From the IMG/VR virus record IMGVR_UViG_3300029790_000003: a stretch of DNA of 64,000 bases. One strand, 5' to 3'. Both the position numbers and the translations under genes were made by a program. The notes beneath the pieces were generated by a model, which made no database searches, was not told where the DNA came from, and saw only the letters and a program-made list of their open reading frames with translations. Below are positions 54,867 to 63,941 of this stretch, piece by piece; positions within the stretch are counted from its first letter, which is position 1; each line of letters begins with the position of its first letter. The stretch comes from a virus.

Positions 54867-55585
54867 TCCGGCACCTCCATTCCTAAATTAAATAATGTTA
54901 ATTGTGATTTGAACTCGTTCAACCGTTTTTGAGCTGAATCGTAATAATCTTTATTGATTTCATAACCAACATATTCCAGACCGTATTCCTCATATGCAAT
55001 CAATGAACTTGCGCTCCCCACATGGGTATCAAGAATCTTCATTCCTTTCTGCAGATATTTCTGACATATCCAACGATATAAATTTACAGGCTTTTGGGTT
55101 GGGTGGATTCGCTTTTCGTTCAGTCTTTTGTTGCCCTGCTGTATTGTTCCTTCAATTATTGATTTTCCTTGAAACATTCCTCTCCACATATAGCGAAAAA
55201 TATCAACCCTTCTTGTAAGACTGCAGTAAGCAACTTCTGCGTCTGATTGATCTGAACCATCGTTGCATTTATCCCAGACTATCAATCCGCCCGCCATTGT
55301 GTAATCAAAATAATTACATCCCCAGATAATTTGATTCTTTGAAACCCTAAACAGTTGTTTGAAATATTCTTTATCAGGCGTATTGTTGTCCCATCCATAA
55401 TTCTTGTACCTACCATCAGGAACATAAATGGAACTTCCATTTTTCTGCTTTACATATTTACTACGATTCTTACCGCCGTGTTCTTTGATTCCGTATGGTG
55501 GGTCTACAACTGCCACGTCGAAGTAATTATCTGGAAAGTCCGGGAGAAAATTCATGCAGTCACCGCAAATAAATTCTCTTTGCAT
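54863..55585 (-). CDS. DNA N6/N4 methyltransferase (240 aa)
   Basis: VVDPPYG (motif IV) and HPTQKP (motif I region), beta-class order. Confidence 0.8.
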   Translation of the reverse strand: MQREFICGDCMNFLPDFPDNYFDVAVVDPPYGIKEHGGKNRSKYVKQKNGSSIYVPDGRYKNYGWDNNTPDKEYFKQLFRVSKNQIIWGCNYFDYTMAGGLIVWDKCNDGSDQSDAEVAYCSLTRRVDIFRYMWRGMFQGKSIIEGTIQQGNKRLNEKRIHPTQKPVNLYRWICQKYLQKGMKILDTHVGSASSLIAYEEYGLEYVGYEINKDYYDSAQKRLNEFKSQLTLFNLGMEVPE

Positions 55586-56031
55586 CAGTGTTCCTCCTGT
55601 AATAATTCTTTATTGTCGAAAATGTTTCCAACTGGCATAGCGTATACCATGTCAATCCAATACCCTAAATCTTTTCTAAGGCATTTGTCTTCCGTCCAAT
55701 CTACATAGAATCCGACATGTTCTGTTTTCTGAGAATCAAAACAATTTTGATAATATCCATATTTGATTGGAGCATAAATTTCTCCGAAATGATATTTGAT
55801 AATATCATTTTCCCAAATTTTGTTTCCGTTCTTGTCACAAAGTCCCGTGAACTGGCAGAGGGTCTTCTCGCCTACCATTAAAATATCATCAATTTCCATG
55901 TATCCGTATTGACTGCAATAATGCGGATTTTCTTCAAAGCTGATAAATAAACCTAAATGTGTTTTAATTGGAATTCCCTCAATCCATTCTCCTGTTTGGA
56001 TGCTTTTTGCCCTGAAAAGAATTTCTCTCAT
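55585..56031 (-). CDS. YopX-family protein
   Basis: MREILFRAKSIQTGEWIEG N-terminus typical of YopX. Confidence 0.6.
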   Translation of the reverse strand: MREILFRAKSIQTGEWIEGIPIKTHLGLFISFEENPHYCSQYGYMEIDDILMVGEKTLCQFTGLCDKNGNKIWENDIIKYHFGEIYAPIKYGYYQNCFDSQKTEHVGFYVDWTEDKCLRKDLGYWIDMVYAMPVGNIFDNKELLQEEH

Positions 56032-56162
56032 TCAACTCCACCGCCTTTCACGATTTCAACTGTTTCATTCGTCTGGGTGGTGCTTGTCGTACATAATCAC
56101 TATGCATACAAGACCAGTCACTCCGAATATGATTCCAAGGGTGAATCCTAATAAGAATGTAA

Positions 56163-56561
56163 TCATGGCTCATCCTCCTTGTATGGTTCTGGAAGCGGCA
56201 TCCAGGCAATAACTTTATACATCTTTGTTCCTCCATGCCCGTCTGAATATTTATCCCATTCAAGATATCCATATTTCTTTTCGTTCCAATATCCGGCATC
56301 TCCAAATTTTAAATAATTCGCAATTCCATAAAGCTTTTCAGGTGTTCCATAGACTTTTTCAAGCGTTACAAGATACTCTTTTTCGTCTTCCGGTACTCTC
56401 TCACTGACCGGAATCCAACCGTTTTCTTTCTCGTCCTGTTCCAGATCATTCAGAAGAGTATTCACAATATCCAGCGCACTCCCTGGAAGCCCATGCTTAT
56501 ACTGCGATTTCTTTTCTATCTCAGCTTTGTATTGTTCTAATCTGGTTCGTACTCTGCTCAT
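56163..56561 (-). CDS. DUF551-domain protein
   Basis: WIPVSERVPEDEKEYLV...KVIAWMPLPEPYK. Confidence 0.55.
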   Translation of the reverse strand: MSRVRTRLEQYKAEIEKKSQYKHGLPGSALDIVNTLLNDLEQDEKENGWIPVSERVPEDEKEYLVTLEKVYGTPEKLYGIANYLKFGDAGYWNEKKYGYLEWDKYSDGHGGTKMYKVIAWMPLPEPYKEDEP

Positions 56562-56905
56562 GCTTCCACCTCACTATCCTCTGGCATCTGGAATGTCATT
56601 CCTTTTTTGAGCATTTCTCCAAGTTCTCCAGCATGTGCTTTGTTCTCTTCCGTTTTTGGCTTCATGCTTAATATCCTACATACTTCTGGAATTACATATT
56701 TTGTGTATTCCGAATCTCCGTATGCTTCCTGGATCATATCCAGTACTTTCATGGCTTTTGCTTCTGAGGAGTATTTACCAAGTTTATATCTGTTTTCGTT
56801 CTCTAGGCTTAAAATAACAAAGCCCCCGTCATTTTTCACAATATAAGCTACAGTCAAATTGCTAAAGTTTAATAAAATTGCTTTATTCTGACTTCTGATT
56901 AACAT
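56558..56905 (-). CDS. Hypothetical protein (115 aa)
   Basis: ORF only. Confidence 0.45.
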   Translation of the reverse strand: MLIRSQNKAILLNFSNLTVAYIVKNDGGFVILSLENENRYKLGKYSSEAKAMKVLDMIQEAYGDSEYTKYVIPEVCRILSMKPKTEENKAHAGELGEMLKKGMTFQMPEDSEVEA

Positions 56906-56917
56906 TTTGTGTCCTCC

Positions 56918-57238
56918 TTATTCAATGAAATTTGTTCCGCACTGGCAATGATAACTAATGTGTCCGTTATATTTGCTCACGTTTGCAATTACCTTTCTAC
57001 CGCATGAAAAGCAAGTTACCTCTTTTGTCAGCGGCTTTTCGTATTCTTCTACTTCTTTATCTTGAATAAACCTCTGACCGCACCAGTGACACTGTTTAGT
57101 GCTGTACGGAATCTCTCCGCAAATAGGACATTCTGGAATTATTCCGTAACCATCATTTATGATTGGAAGCTTGATCGGCTCTCGCTTTGAATAAATATTC
57201 CAAAGTTCTTTTCTACGGTTCTCTTCGTCCTGTGCCAT
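56918..57238 (-). CDS. Zinc-finger protein (106 aa)
   Basis: CPICGE...CHWCGQ...CFSCGRK...CQCG. Confidence 0.45.
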   Translation of the reverse strand: MAQDEENRRKELWNIYSKREPIKLPIINDGYGIIPECPICGEIPYSTKQCHWCGQRFIQDKEVEEYEKPLTKEVTCFSCGRKVIANVSKYNGHISYHCQCGTNFIE

Positions 57239-57480
57239 TAACGCTTTGTACTTCTCTTCCTCTTCTTTATCCCAGTAAATGACACAGGCTTTATCTTCTG
57301 GTGAAATGTCTTTGGTGTACGGCTGTGTCGTGCAATGATAGCCTGTTTCACCCTTTCTTTTTCTTGACTGTCATCTTACGCAGCCACCGCATTTTTTGTC
57401 CAACAATTCTTCTGGATAAATGCTTGTGCTGGAACGTCTTTTTCTTACTGGCATTCCGTCACTGAATTTAATTTCACTCA

Positions 57481-57675
57481 TTATTTACCCTCCTTTTTCA
57501 ACATCGGAAACAACCATCCTGTCTTTTCGTTTGATGCAATCCAATCAAAATTTAGCTCTGATAATTGATACTCTTTATTGCATCTTTCACAGGTGAATCC
57601 GTTCGCTTTACTGTATTGCCCTATAATTCCACCAAATCCACATCTACAGTGTTTATAATCCATTTCTATCCTCAC
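57481..57675 (-). CDS. Small Cys protein (64 aa)
   Basis: ORF only. Confidence 0.35.
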   Translation of the reverse strand: MRIEMDYKHCRCGFGGIIGQYSKANGFTCERCNKEYQLSELNFDWIASNEKTGWLFPMLKKEGK

Positions 57676-58062
57676 TTACGCTCCAAATCTTCTAACCAAT
57701 TCTTTATTCAAATCCGGAATCCGTACATCTGTTTCAGATTCCAACTCTTCAATCATGCTCATAAAACTTCTTTCTCCACGATTTGCTTGTCCTACAAACT
57801 CATTTGCACAATTGATTACGTCTAAAAGCCTTTTGGTTGAAAATCCATGCAGTTTTCTTAATGCCAACATCATAGTTACGGAATTGATCGTATTCGCCCA
57901 GTCATCACCAGTATTGAATCCATCGTTATAGGCTTGATCTTGCATGATTTCCAACTCTTTACGTGAGTTCTGCATGGCTCTGGCGAATGCCTGTGACATT
58001 TGGTTATCGCATTCCAACACCCTATTTTTCTTTGGTGCTTTCATCTTTAATTTGCTTCCCAT
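57676..58062 (-). CDS. Hypothetical protein (128 aa)
   Basis: ORF only. Confidence 0.45.
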   Translation of the reverse strand: MGSKLKMKAPKKNRVLECDNQMSQAFARAMQNSRKELEIMQDQAYNDGFNTGDDWANTINSVTMMLALRKLHGFSTKRLLDVINCANEFVGQANRGERSFMSMIEELESETDVRIPDLNKELVRRFGA

Positions 58063-58321
58063 ATTTTTTCCTTTCGTATCTGTATTCCGTCAAACGGTAT
58101 GCTCTTGATACTCCCGGATGTTCTGTGGCAATCAGAGAATCCATCTCCAATTGCCGCATATGTCTCTGGACGGTACACTTTGTAAGGTCTGTTCCATCCA
58201 TAATTTCTTCATAAGAAGGCATATATCCGTGTTTCTCAAAATACTTGACAAGAAATCTGTAAATATCATTTCTAGCAGATTGCCCCTCATTATATTTTCT
58301 CTGACGGTAATTCATAGGCAA
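58022..58321 (-). CDS. LexA-N-terminal-like winged-helix DNA-binding protein (99 aa)
   Basis: GYMPSYEEIMDGTDLTKCTVQRHMRQLEMDSLI matches the LexA DNA-binding domain pattern; no peptidase domain. Confidence 0.5.
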   Translation of the reverse strand: MPMNYRQRKYNEGQSARNDIYRFLVKYFEKHGYMPSYEEIMDGTDLTKCTVQRHMRQLEMDSLIATEHPGVSRAYRLTEYRYERKKYGKQIKDESTKEK

Positions 58322-58629
58322 AACGGATTTTCTTCCGCAGTATTGCTTTTTTCTACACGCATTTTATTTAATCTTTCCGCAGCTTTCTTCTTTGTTTCAT
58401 CGGAATATTTTCTCGGTGGATTGATTTTAATGTAGGAATACGGCAAGTGAGCGAAAATAGATCCATCATTATTTCTGGCAAGAATTTTTACATCGTCTGG
58501 AAATTCCTTTTCTAATTCCTCGCATCTGTTCTTCCAGGTACTCCCATTCTTAGCAGTAAGTCCTACATAATCTCTTCCGGGAATCCACTCAATTACACAT
58601 TCGTTTGTGTTTTCTGACACAAAACTCAC
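58312..58629 (-). CDS. Hypothetical protein (105 aa)
   Basis: ORF only. Confidence 0.45.
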   Translation of the reverse strand: MSFVSENTNECVIEWIPGRDYVGLTAKNGSTWKNRCEELEKEFPDDVKILARNNDGSIFAHLPYSYIKINPPRKYSDETKKKAAERLNKMRVEKSNTAEENPFCL

Positions 58630-58693
58630 CTCTATTCATTTTTTTATTTTTTATCTTTGGAATTTAGCCAGTAGAACTACTGGTGTGTTAGAA

Positions 58694-59272
58694 TCAGTGA
58701 TAATTTTCTTCGTTGAGTAAGTCGTTGAATTTTTCCAACGCCTTAATAGATACTTTGTTATTTGCTTTTTCTGGTCTGATTGATACATTTAAGTGAATAT
58801 CAATGATGTGTTTTAATTCTCGCGCAAGGGTTATTTTGCCTTGTTGAATTCCCTGTCTGTATGTCTTGGGCGGTTTATATTGCCCTGTTACTTGCTTTCC
58901 AGCTGACTGGCCACCAGCTGTAACGTTGTACATCTGGAAGCCTTTATCTGCAAAAGCCTTGATTGTTTCAATTTCTTTCTGGTCAAGTTCATCCTTTCTA
59001 CATGTTCTATATGAAAGTTTCCAACCAGTAGGATTACTTTCACTGTAAAACTTATGCTTTTTAAGGCTTAATGCTATGTGATCGTATTCCCCTAAATGGC
59101 TCGCACATCTCTCGCAAAGGTTGACTGCCTGTCCACAATACGCTCGGTTTATTCCGGCTTCGTCAGTTCGGTAAAACACGTATATACCACTAGAATATGG
59201 AATGCTTGGACATATCCTTTTTATTCGATTCTCTCGTTCTCGCTTCATAGCGAAAACTCTACTATAATCCAC
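58694..59272 (-). CDS. GIY-YIG nuclease (192 aa)
   Basis: SGIYVFYRTDEAGINRAYCGQAVNLCERCASH. Confidence 0.65.
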   Translation of the reverse strand: MDYSRVFAMKRERENRIKRICPSIPYSSGIYVFYRTDEAGINRAYCGQAVNLCERCASHLGEYDHIALSLKKHKFYSESNPTGWKLSYRTCRKDELDQKEIETIKAFADKGFQMYNVTAGGQSAGKQVTGQYKPPKTYRQGIQQGKITLARELKHIIDIHLNVSIRPEKANNKVSIKALEKFNDLLNEENYH

Positions 59273-59278
59273 CAGGCA

Positions 59279-59704
59279 TCACTCCTTTTCAATCTGATCA
59301 ATGAGTTTCTTACACTCATCTTTGACATAAGCAAGTGAGCGAATTTTGATTTCTGGTTCTTTATTTAATTCTCGCCAGAAACCACCCGTTATTTTAAACA
59401 TTTTCTTAAACTCTGGCTCTTCCCCGAAATACTGTTCTGCTTTCTCAATATCATAACCATCGAAACAATGAGCACAGTCAAATCCAATCCACCATGTATC
59501 TTTATCATCACAATCATATAAATGTGATTTTGCATAAGTAACTCCACCATGACAGTCAAGATACCATAAATCGTCAACACTTTTCTTCGCTAACTTGTGA
59601 CTGTAAGGTACTCCAACGTATCCGCATCTGTATGCTCCGGGCATAAACAGGACCACATATGGATAACCTTTGTATGTAGATTTTGTTTCTAAAACTGGTT
59701 TCAT
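59279..59704 (-). CDS. Hypothetical protein (141 aa)
   Basis: ORF only. Confidence 0.45.
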   Translation of the reverse strand: MKPVLETKSTYKGYPYVVLFMPGAYRCGYVGVPYSHKLAKKSVDDLWYLDCHGGVTYAKSHLYDCDDKDTWWIGFDCAHCFDGYDIEKAEQYFGEEPEFKKMFKITGGFWRELNKEPEIKIRSLAYVKDECKKLIDQIEKE

Positions 59705-59708
59705 TTAA

Positions 59709-60125
59709 TCACTCCCATTCACTCTCGTATTCATCTTCGCCCTCATCATAGTAACCATTTTCCATGATTTCTTTGAATGCAGCTATTGCCTTTCTGAACC
59801 TGTCACGCAAAACCTGTTCTTTCTGTTCGAGATCATCAATAACCTTTTTTCTTTCTGCGATTTCTTCTAAAAGAGATTTATTCTCTTCTTCAAGATTATA
59901 TCTGGCAATGCGTTTCATGGTTGTTGGGTCAAGTTTTACAAGTTCCTTTCCAGTGACGTAAAGAGTTGTTGGATTCATCATTGCCAACGCATACGTTCTT
60001 GTCTCGCCATAAACCGATGTAGTTTCTATTTGTTCTGTCGGTTCAGTAATATCCTCAATAGATTCAACATCAAAGCACATCATTTTCTGATTGCTAAAAT
60101 AAATAATCTGTCCTGTTTGTACCAT
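59709..60125 (-). CDS. Hypothetical protein (138 aa)
   Basis: ORF only. Confidence 0.45.
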   Translation of the reverse strand: MVQTGQIIYFSNQKMMCFDVESIEDITEPTEQIETTSVYGETRTYALAMMNPTTLYVTGKELVKLDPTTMKRIARYNLEEENKSLLEEIAERKKVIDDLEQKEQVLRDRFRKAIAAFKEIMENGYYDEGEDEYESEWE

Positions 60126-60136
60126 TTAATCACTCC

Positions 60137-60568
60137 TTAACTAAATGGAAATTCATCTTCCATACCGCCTAAGTCCGGCACATCCATGAAACTAGGTTCT
60201 GGCGGCGGTACTGGTCGTGTGTCTGTTTCCTGTGTTTGTGGTGACTGGCTCTTGTTTTCTGCAAAATCATGTGATTCAACGAAACAGTCATTTGTGTATA
60301 CTTTTTCTCCGTTTCGGTTCGTATAGCTTCCAGTCTGCCATTTCCCTTTGACATTGATTTTCATGCCTTTTCGCAGAAATTTTTCAACAAATTCTGCATT
60401 ATGCCCAAGTGCTACGCATGGTATAAAGTCGGCTTTTTGCTCCGCATTCTTTCTTTTTTCCCTATCGACAACCAATGTGTATCTGGCAATCTTAGTGTCG
60501 TTAGTTCCCATTCGTATTTCCGGGTCAGCTGTCAGCCGCCCGGATAATACAACTACATTAAATCCCAT
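60137..60568 (-). CDS. ssb: Single-stranded DNA-binding protein
   Basis: Start MGFNVVVLSGRL (RBS GAGAGGTGA); OB-fold pattern; acidic C-terminal tail ..MEDEFPF. Confidence 0.85.
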   Translation of the reverse strand: MGFNVVVLSGRLTADPEIRMGTNDTKIARYTLVVDREKRKNAEQKADFIPCVALGHNAEFVEKFLRKGMKINVKGKWQTGSYTNRNGEKVYTNDCFVESHDFAENKSQSPQTQETDTRPVPPPEPSFMDVPDLGGMEDEFPFS

Positions 60569-60572
60569 ACAA

Positions 60573-60854
60573 TCACCTCTCAATCTGAATGTCGCATCTA
60601 ATAAGTGCGTGTTTGATTTTCTTTGTATTCCCTGTTACAATTTCTTCTTTCCCTATAACAAAGGAAATATCATCTTCTGTTACATTGAATCCTTTTGTTT
60701 TTATATGCTCCATGATGATTTCTTTGATTTCCTCTGCACAAATTCCGATTGTTATTTCCAATGGTATTACCTCCCTGGTTTGTAAGCTGGTGGCATTGGT
60801 TGCCATGCAATGACTGGGTAATACGCAAACCCATACGCTTCTACGCTTCCCCAT
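60573..60854 (-). CDS. Hypothetical protein (93 aa)
   Basis: ORF only. Confidence 0.4.
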   Translation of the reverse strand: MGKRRSVWVCVLPSHCMATNATSLQTREVIPLEITIGICAEEIKEIIMEHIKTKGFNVTEDDISFVIGKEEIVTGNTKKIKHALIRCDIQIER

Positions 60855-61123
60855 TCGCCGTCTCCTAAATAAGTAAGACTTGTTGGAAGAACAGCTCCAT
60901 CAATTGTAACTGCATATTCTTTCCAATCTCCCGGGTTTTCTTCCTTGTTTGGTTCCGGTGGTAACTTCACTTCTGTTGGAATCCACATATCCGCAGGACT
61001 GTAGGAAAAAATCAATTCTTCAACTTTCTTGATTGCATCATTCCATCCTTTATCGTACTTGCATTCCTGTTCAGAAGGTTCTGACTTTTTCAGTTTATCA
61101 AGTGTTTTTAAGAAGATTTTCAT
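60767..61123 (-). CDS. DUF551-domain protein (second copy)
   Basis: MWIPTEVKLPPEPNKEE...YPVIAWQPMPPAYKP. Confidence 0.5.
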   Translation of the reverse strand: MKIFLKTLDKLKKSEPSEQECKYDKGWNDAIKKVEELIFSYSPADMWIPTEVKLPPEPNKEENPGDWKEYAVTIDGAVLPTSLTYLGDGEWGSVEAYGFAYYPVIAWQPMPPAYKPGR

Positions 61124-61554
61124 TAATAACTATCCTCCTTTGGCTTTTCAAATGAAATACTAATCGGCATTTTCCATTCGGATTCTGTATTTTTAACGAC
61201 AGCCTGTAAGAAAGAAGTAGTAATGCTCTTTATGAAATCTGCACTTTTTAACTGCTTTCTTATTACTTCTGCAAATTCCTCACGATTTTCATTTACATAT
61301 TTTTCAATTTCCTCCTTTACTGTGGTTTTTACAATATCTTCTGCGAGCCAATCAAAATATGGTTTTGCTCTCCAATTGTCTTTACCTACAAATTCGCCAC
61401 GTTCATTAACATATTTATTCGTCATTGTTTTTATTGCATCACGAACAATAACAGATGGTTCGCCTAATGCCTTTACGATTCCGGCATGAACTTCTTCCTG
61501 TATTGCTGCTTTTATTACATCGTCACTGATATTTAAACTCATCATATTTCCCAT
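61123..61554 (-). CDS. Hypothetical protein (143 aa)
   Basis: ORF only. Confidence 0.45.
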   Translation of the reverse strand: MGNMMSLNISDDVIKAAIQEEVHAGIVKALGEPSVIVRDAIKTMTNKYVNERGEFVGKDNWRAKPYFDWLAEDIVKTTVKEEIEKYVNENREEFAEVIRKQLKSADFIKSITTSFLQAVVKNTESEWKMPISISFEKPKEDSY

Positions 61555-61556
61555 AG

Positions 61557-61886
61557 CTAATCCTCCTTGACTTTCTCAATAGTTTCTTTTATTGCTTCTT
61601 TCACAGCCTTGGTTTTAATCATCTTATCTGCCAAGGATTTTGCTGCTTCCTGCACGATCACGCTTTCGTTCTTTTCTAGTATCTCGGTAATATGAGAATG
61701 AATCATCCTGCACAAAGGTTCATTGGTTTCTCTGCTACCATATAATTCTTTTTTATAAATAACCTCTTTAATTTCCTTGGTAATTTTTTCAACTACCCTG
61801 TCCTCAACATTTTTACGGATTTCTTTGGCAATTTCTTCCTCATTAACACCAATCGTTACTGGTATACTGAATACGCTCATTTTCAA
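61557..61886 (-). CDS. Hypothetical protein (109 aa)
   Basis: ORF only. Confidence 0.45.
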   Translation of the reverse strand: MKMSVFSIPVTIGVNEEEIAKEIRKNVEDRVVEKITKEIKEVIYKKELYGSRETNEPLCRMIHSHITEILEKNESVIVQEAAKSLADKMIKTKAVKEAIKETIEKVKED

Positions 61887-62365
61887 TTTCCCTCCCCTAT
61901 AGCTATCACATCACATCCAATAAATACCAATTCCTCATGTTCACTCATTCCATAGCCGACAGATTTTCTTCCTACTTTAAAAAATATATTATTTGTATTA
62001 ACCGTAACTCCTTCAGCGTTTTCCATATAATCAGAAACAATAGCTTTCAAAATATCTTCATTTAAGAAAGTTTTTATTTCGACTATCGGATGTTCTTTTG
62101 GCATATATTCAAGCCATGTCTCTACACCTTTGTATTCTTTTCCTTCTGTGTCAGTCCATTCGCCATTTCCAGCATATGCAAGCATGATGATTTTTTCGGA
62201 GTTTTCCAACTTTACATAATACAAACATGCGGTATCATCAACTGGGGTTTCTGGAAGCGTATCTTTTACTGAACGCCATACACTAGGTGAAGGAATTGTT
62301 TTTCCTGTTTTACGGTCTACATGCTCCTGTCCTTTAATTACATAGTTTCTAAATTTTTTTGGCAT
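61883..62365 (-). CDS. Hypothetical protein (160 aa)
   Basis: ORF only. Confidence 0.45.
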   Translation of the reverse strand: MPKKFRNYVIKGQEHVDRKTGKTIPSPSVWRSVKDTLPETPVDDTACLYYVKLENSEKIIMLAYAGNGEWTDTEGKEYKGVETWLEYMPKEHPIVEIKTFLNEDILKAIVSDYMENAEGVTVNTNNIFFKVGRKSVGYGMSEHEELVFIGCDVIAIGEGN

Positions 62366-62382
62366 TAATTTTCTCCTTTCAA

Positions 62383-62658
62383 TTATTCAGTCGAATTGTT
62401 TTCCTTATCATCTTCAACTGCTTTCCAAATACAATCCATAACAGATGCATAATCAAGCAGTATTTCTCTTTCTCTGATGTTTCTTCCGTCTTTTTCATGC
62501 CAATCTCCCACTATATAAAGTTCGGCATTTGCAGAAAGAATATCTGTTTTCATGTCCCAGTATTTAATATGAATTTCATAAGCTGCATTTGCAGAAATTG
62601 GATTTACATAAATTCCTTTTGTTACTTCTTTCCAATCTTTTAATTCAATTGATACCAT
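62383..62658 (-). CDS. Hypothetical protein (91 aa)
   Basis: ORF only. Confidence 0.4.
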   Translation of the reverse strand: MVSIELKDWKEVTKGIYVNPISANAAYEIHIKYWDMKTDILSANAELYIVGDWHEKDGRNIREREILLDYASVMDCIWKAVEDDKENNSTE

Positions 62659-62670
62659 CTATTTCTCCTT

Positions 62671-63446
62671 TCAAAACGGACATAAGTCCAAATTAACTTC
62701 TAGCCCCGGTCTGGCAATCTGCACCAGGGCATCATCCCAAACCACCGCTTCTTTTATCTCCTTCAAAATCTGTTCCGGGTCAGCTGCTTCATTACTTAAA
62801 TGAACCAATGTTACCGTCCGTAATTCTGCCGTATGGTTTGTTTTTACTAGGATTTTGCAAGTATCTAAGGAACAATGCCCTTTAAGCCTGTGCGTGTAAT
62901 TTTCAGCTGTTTTGTCAACCAATTCTTTACAATAGTTACACTCAATAACAAAGTGGTTCAGTCGCATTGCTTTGAAGTTGTACTTGCAGTATTCAAAGTC
63001 TGTCATGTACAGCAGTTTTCCCATTTCTTCATGTTCCACGATATACCCATAATTGAAACATGGAATAAGTTGCCCTGTGTCCTTGTCCCTTGTAGTATGC
63101 GGTAAATAGAACGGTATTACTGTAAACGAACCAACCCGAAACGGTCTTTTCTCTGGAACTCCTTTCATTAATTCACCAGTGATAATTTGCAGATGTTCCA
63201 CAGTTTCATCATTGGTGTAAATCTGAATACCTAAATTCATCAGATTTTTAAATGATTCACGGTGATCACTCAACCGTGTTCATGGGTAAGAAGCACGCCA
63301 GAAACATCACTTGTTCTGTAATCAATAGCTTTCAGAATGTCTTTGTATCTGCATCCGCAGTCCAGAAGAAGCATTTCTCCGCTGTTCGATTTCAGAACAT
63401 AGCAGTTTCCGTGGGTGCTTCCTGTGTTTACTACTCGCATGAACAT
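62671..63446 (-). pseudogene. Metallo-beta-lactamase-fold gene split by a 5-nt insertion (TGAGT) inside the HxHxDH motif
   Basis: Upstream 58-aa ORF (63270-63446) ends ..VLLTHEHG*; the 200-aa ORF (TTG start) begins SDHRESF; removing 63268-63272 restores LTHEHGDHRE. Confidence 0.55.
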
Positions 63447-63481
63447 TTATTATCACCTCTATTTCTAAATATTCCTTTAAA

Positions 63482-63766
63482 TCAGTTTTCTTCATTCACA
63501 ACAATACCGCCGTGGATAATAACTCGCTTTCCGTCCGAATCGTCAAAATAAACTTCATTTTCAGATTCGGAAACATCGAACTTCCCAGACCAGGACTTGA
63601 TTTTACCGCCATTGTAATCGTAAACAGTTACGGTTCGGTTCAGCCCACCGTCAATATTACTAGATAGTGATTTTAATGATCTGCTACAGGAAGAACAACC
63701 ACTAAACATTGTGATTGCTGTAACCCCTGTGACTAATACTGCTGTCTTAATACATTTATGCTTCAT
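63482..63766 (-). CDS. Lipoprotein (94 aa)
   Basis: Signal peptide with lipobox MFSGC. Confidence 0.55.
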   Translation of the reverse strand: MKHKCIKTAVLVTGVTAITMFSGCSSCSRSLKSLSSNIDGGLNRTVTVYDYNGGKIKSWSGKFDVSESENEVYFDDSDGKRVIIHGGIVVNEEN

Positions 63767-63779
63767 TTTGGCTCTCCTT

Positions 63780-63941
63780 TTACATTGTAAGTCGGATTAT
63801 AATGAGTACCACATATGTAATAACATTTAAAAGAATAATTAAATTGGTTCGATTGTATTCATTTTTTCGAATAAAAGTTACTATCCATCCCAAAAGTGCT
63901 ATTGAAAGCAAAATAATAAGCACAATTGTGGAAGTTTCCAT
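63780..63941 (-). CDS. Small membrane protein (~53 aa), below the ORF-track cutoff
   Basis: RBS AGGAGG then ATG at 63941; two hydrophobic helices. Confidence 0.35.
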   Translation of the reverse strand: METSTIVLIILLSIALLGWIVTFIRKNEYNRTNLIILLNVITYVVLIIIRLTM

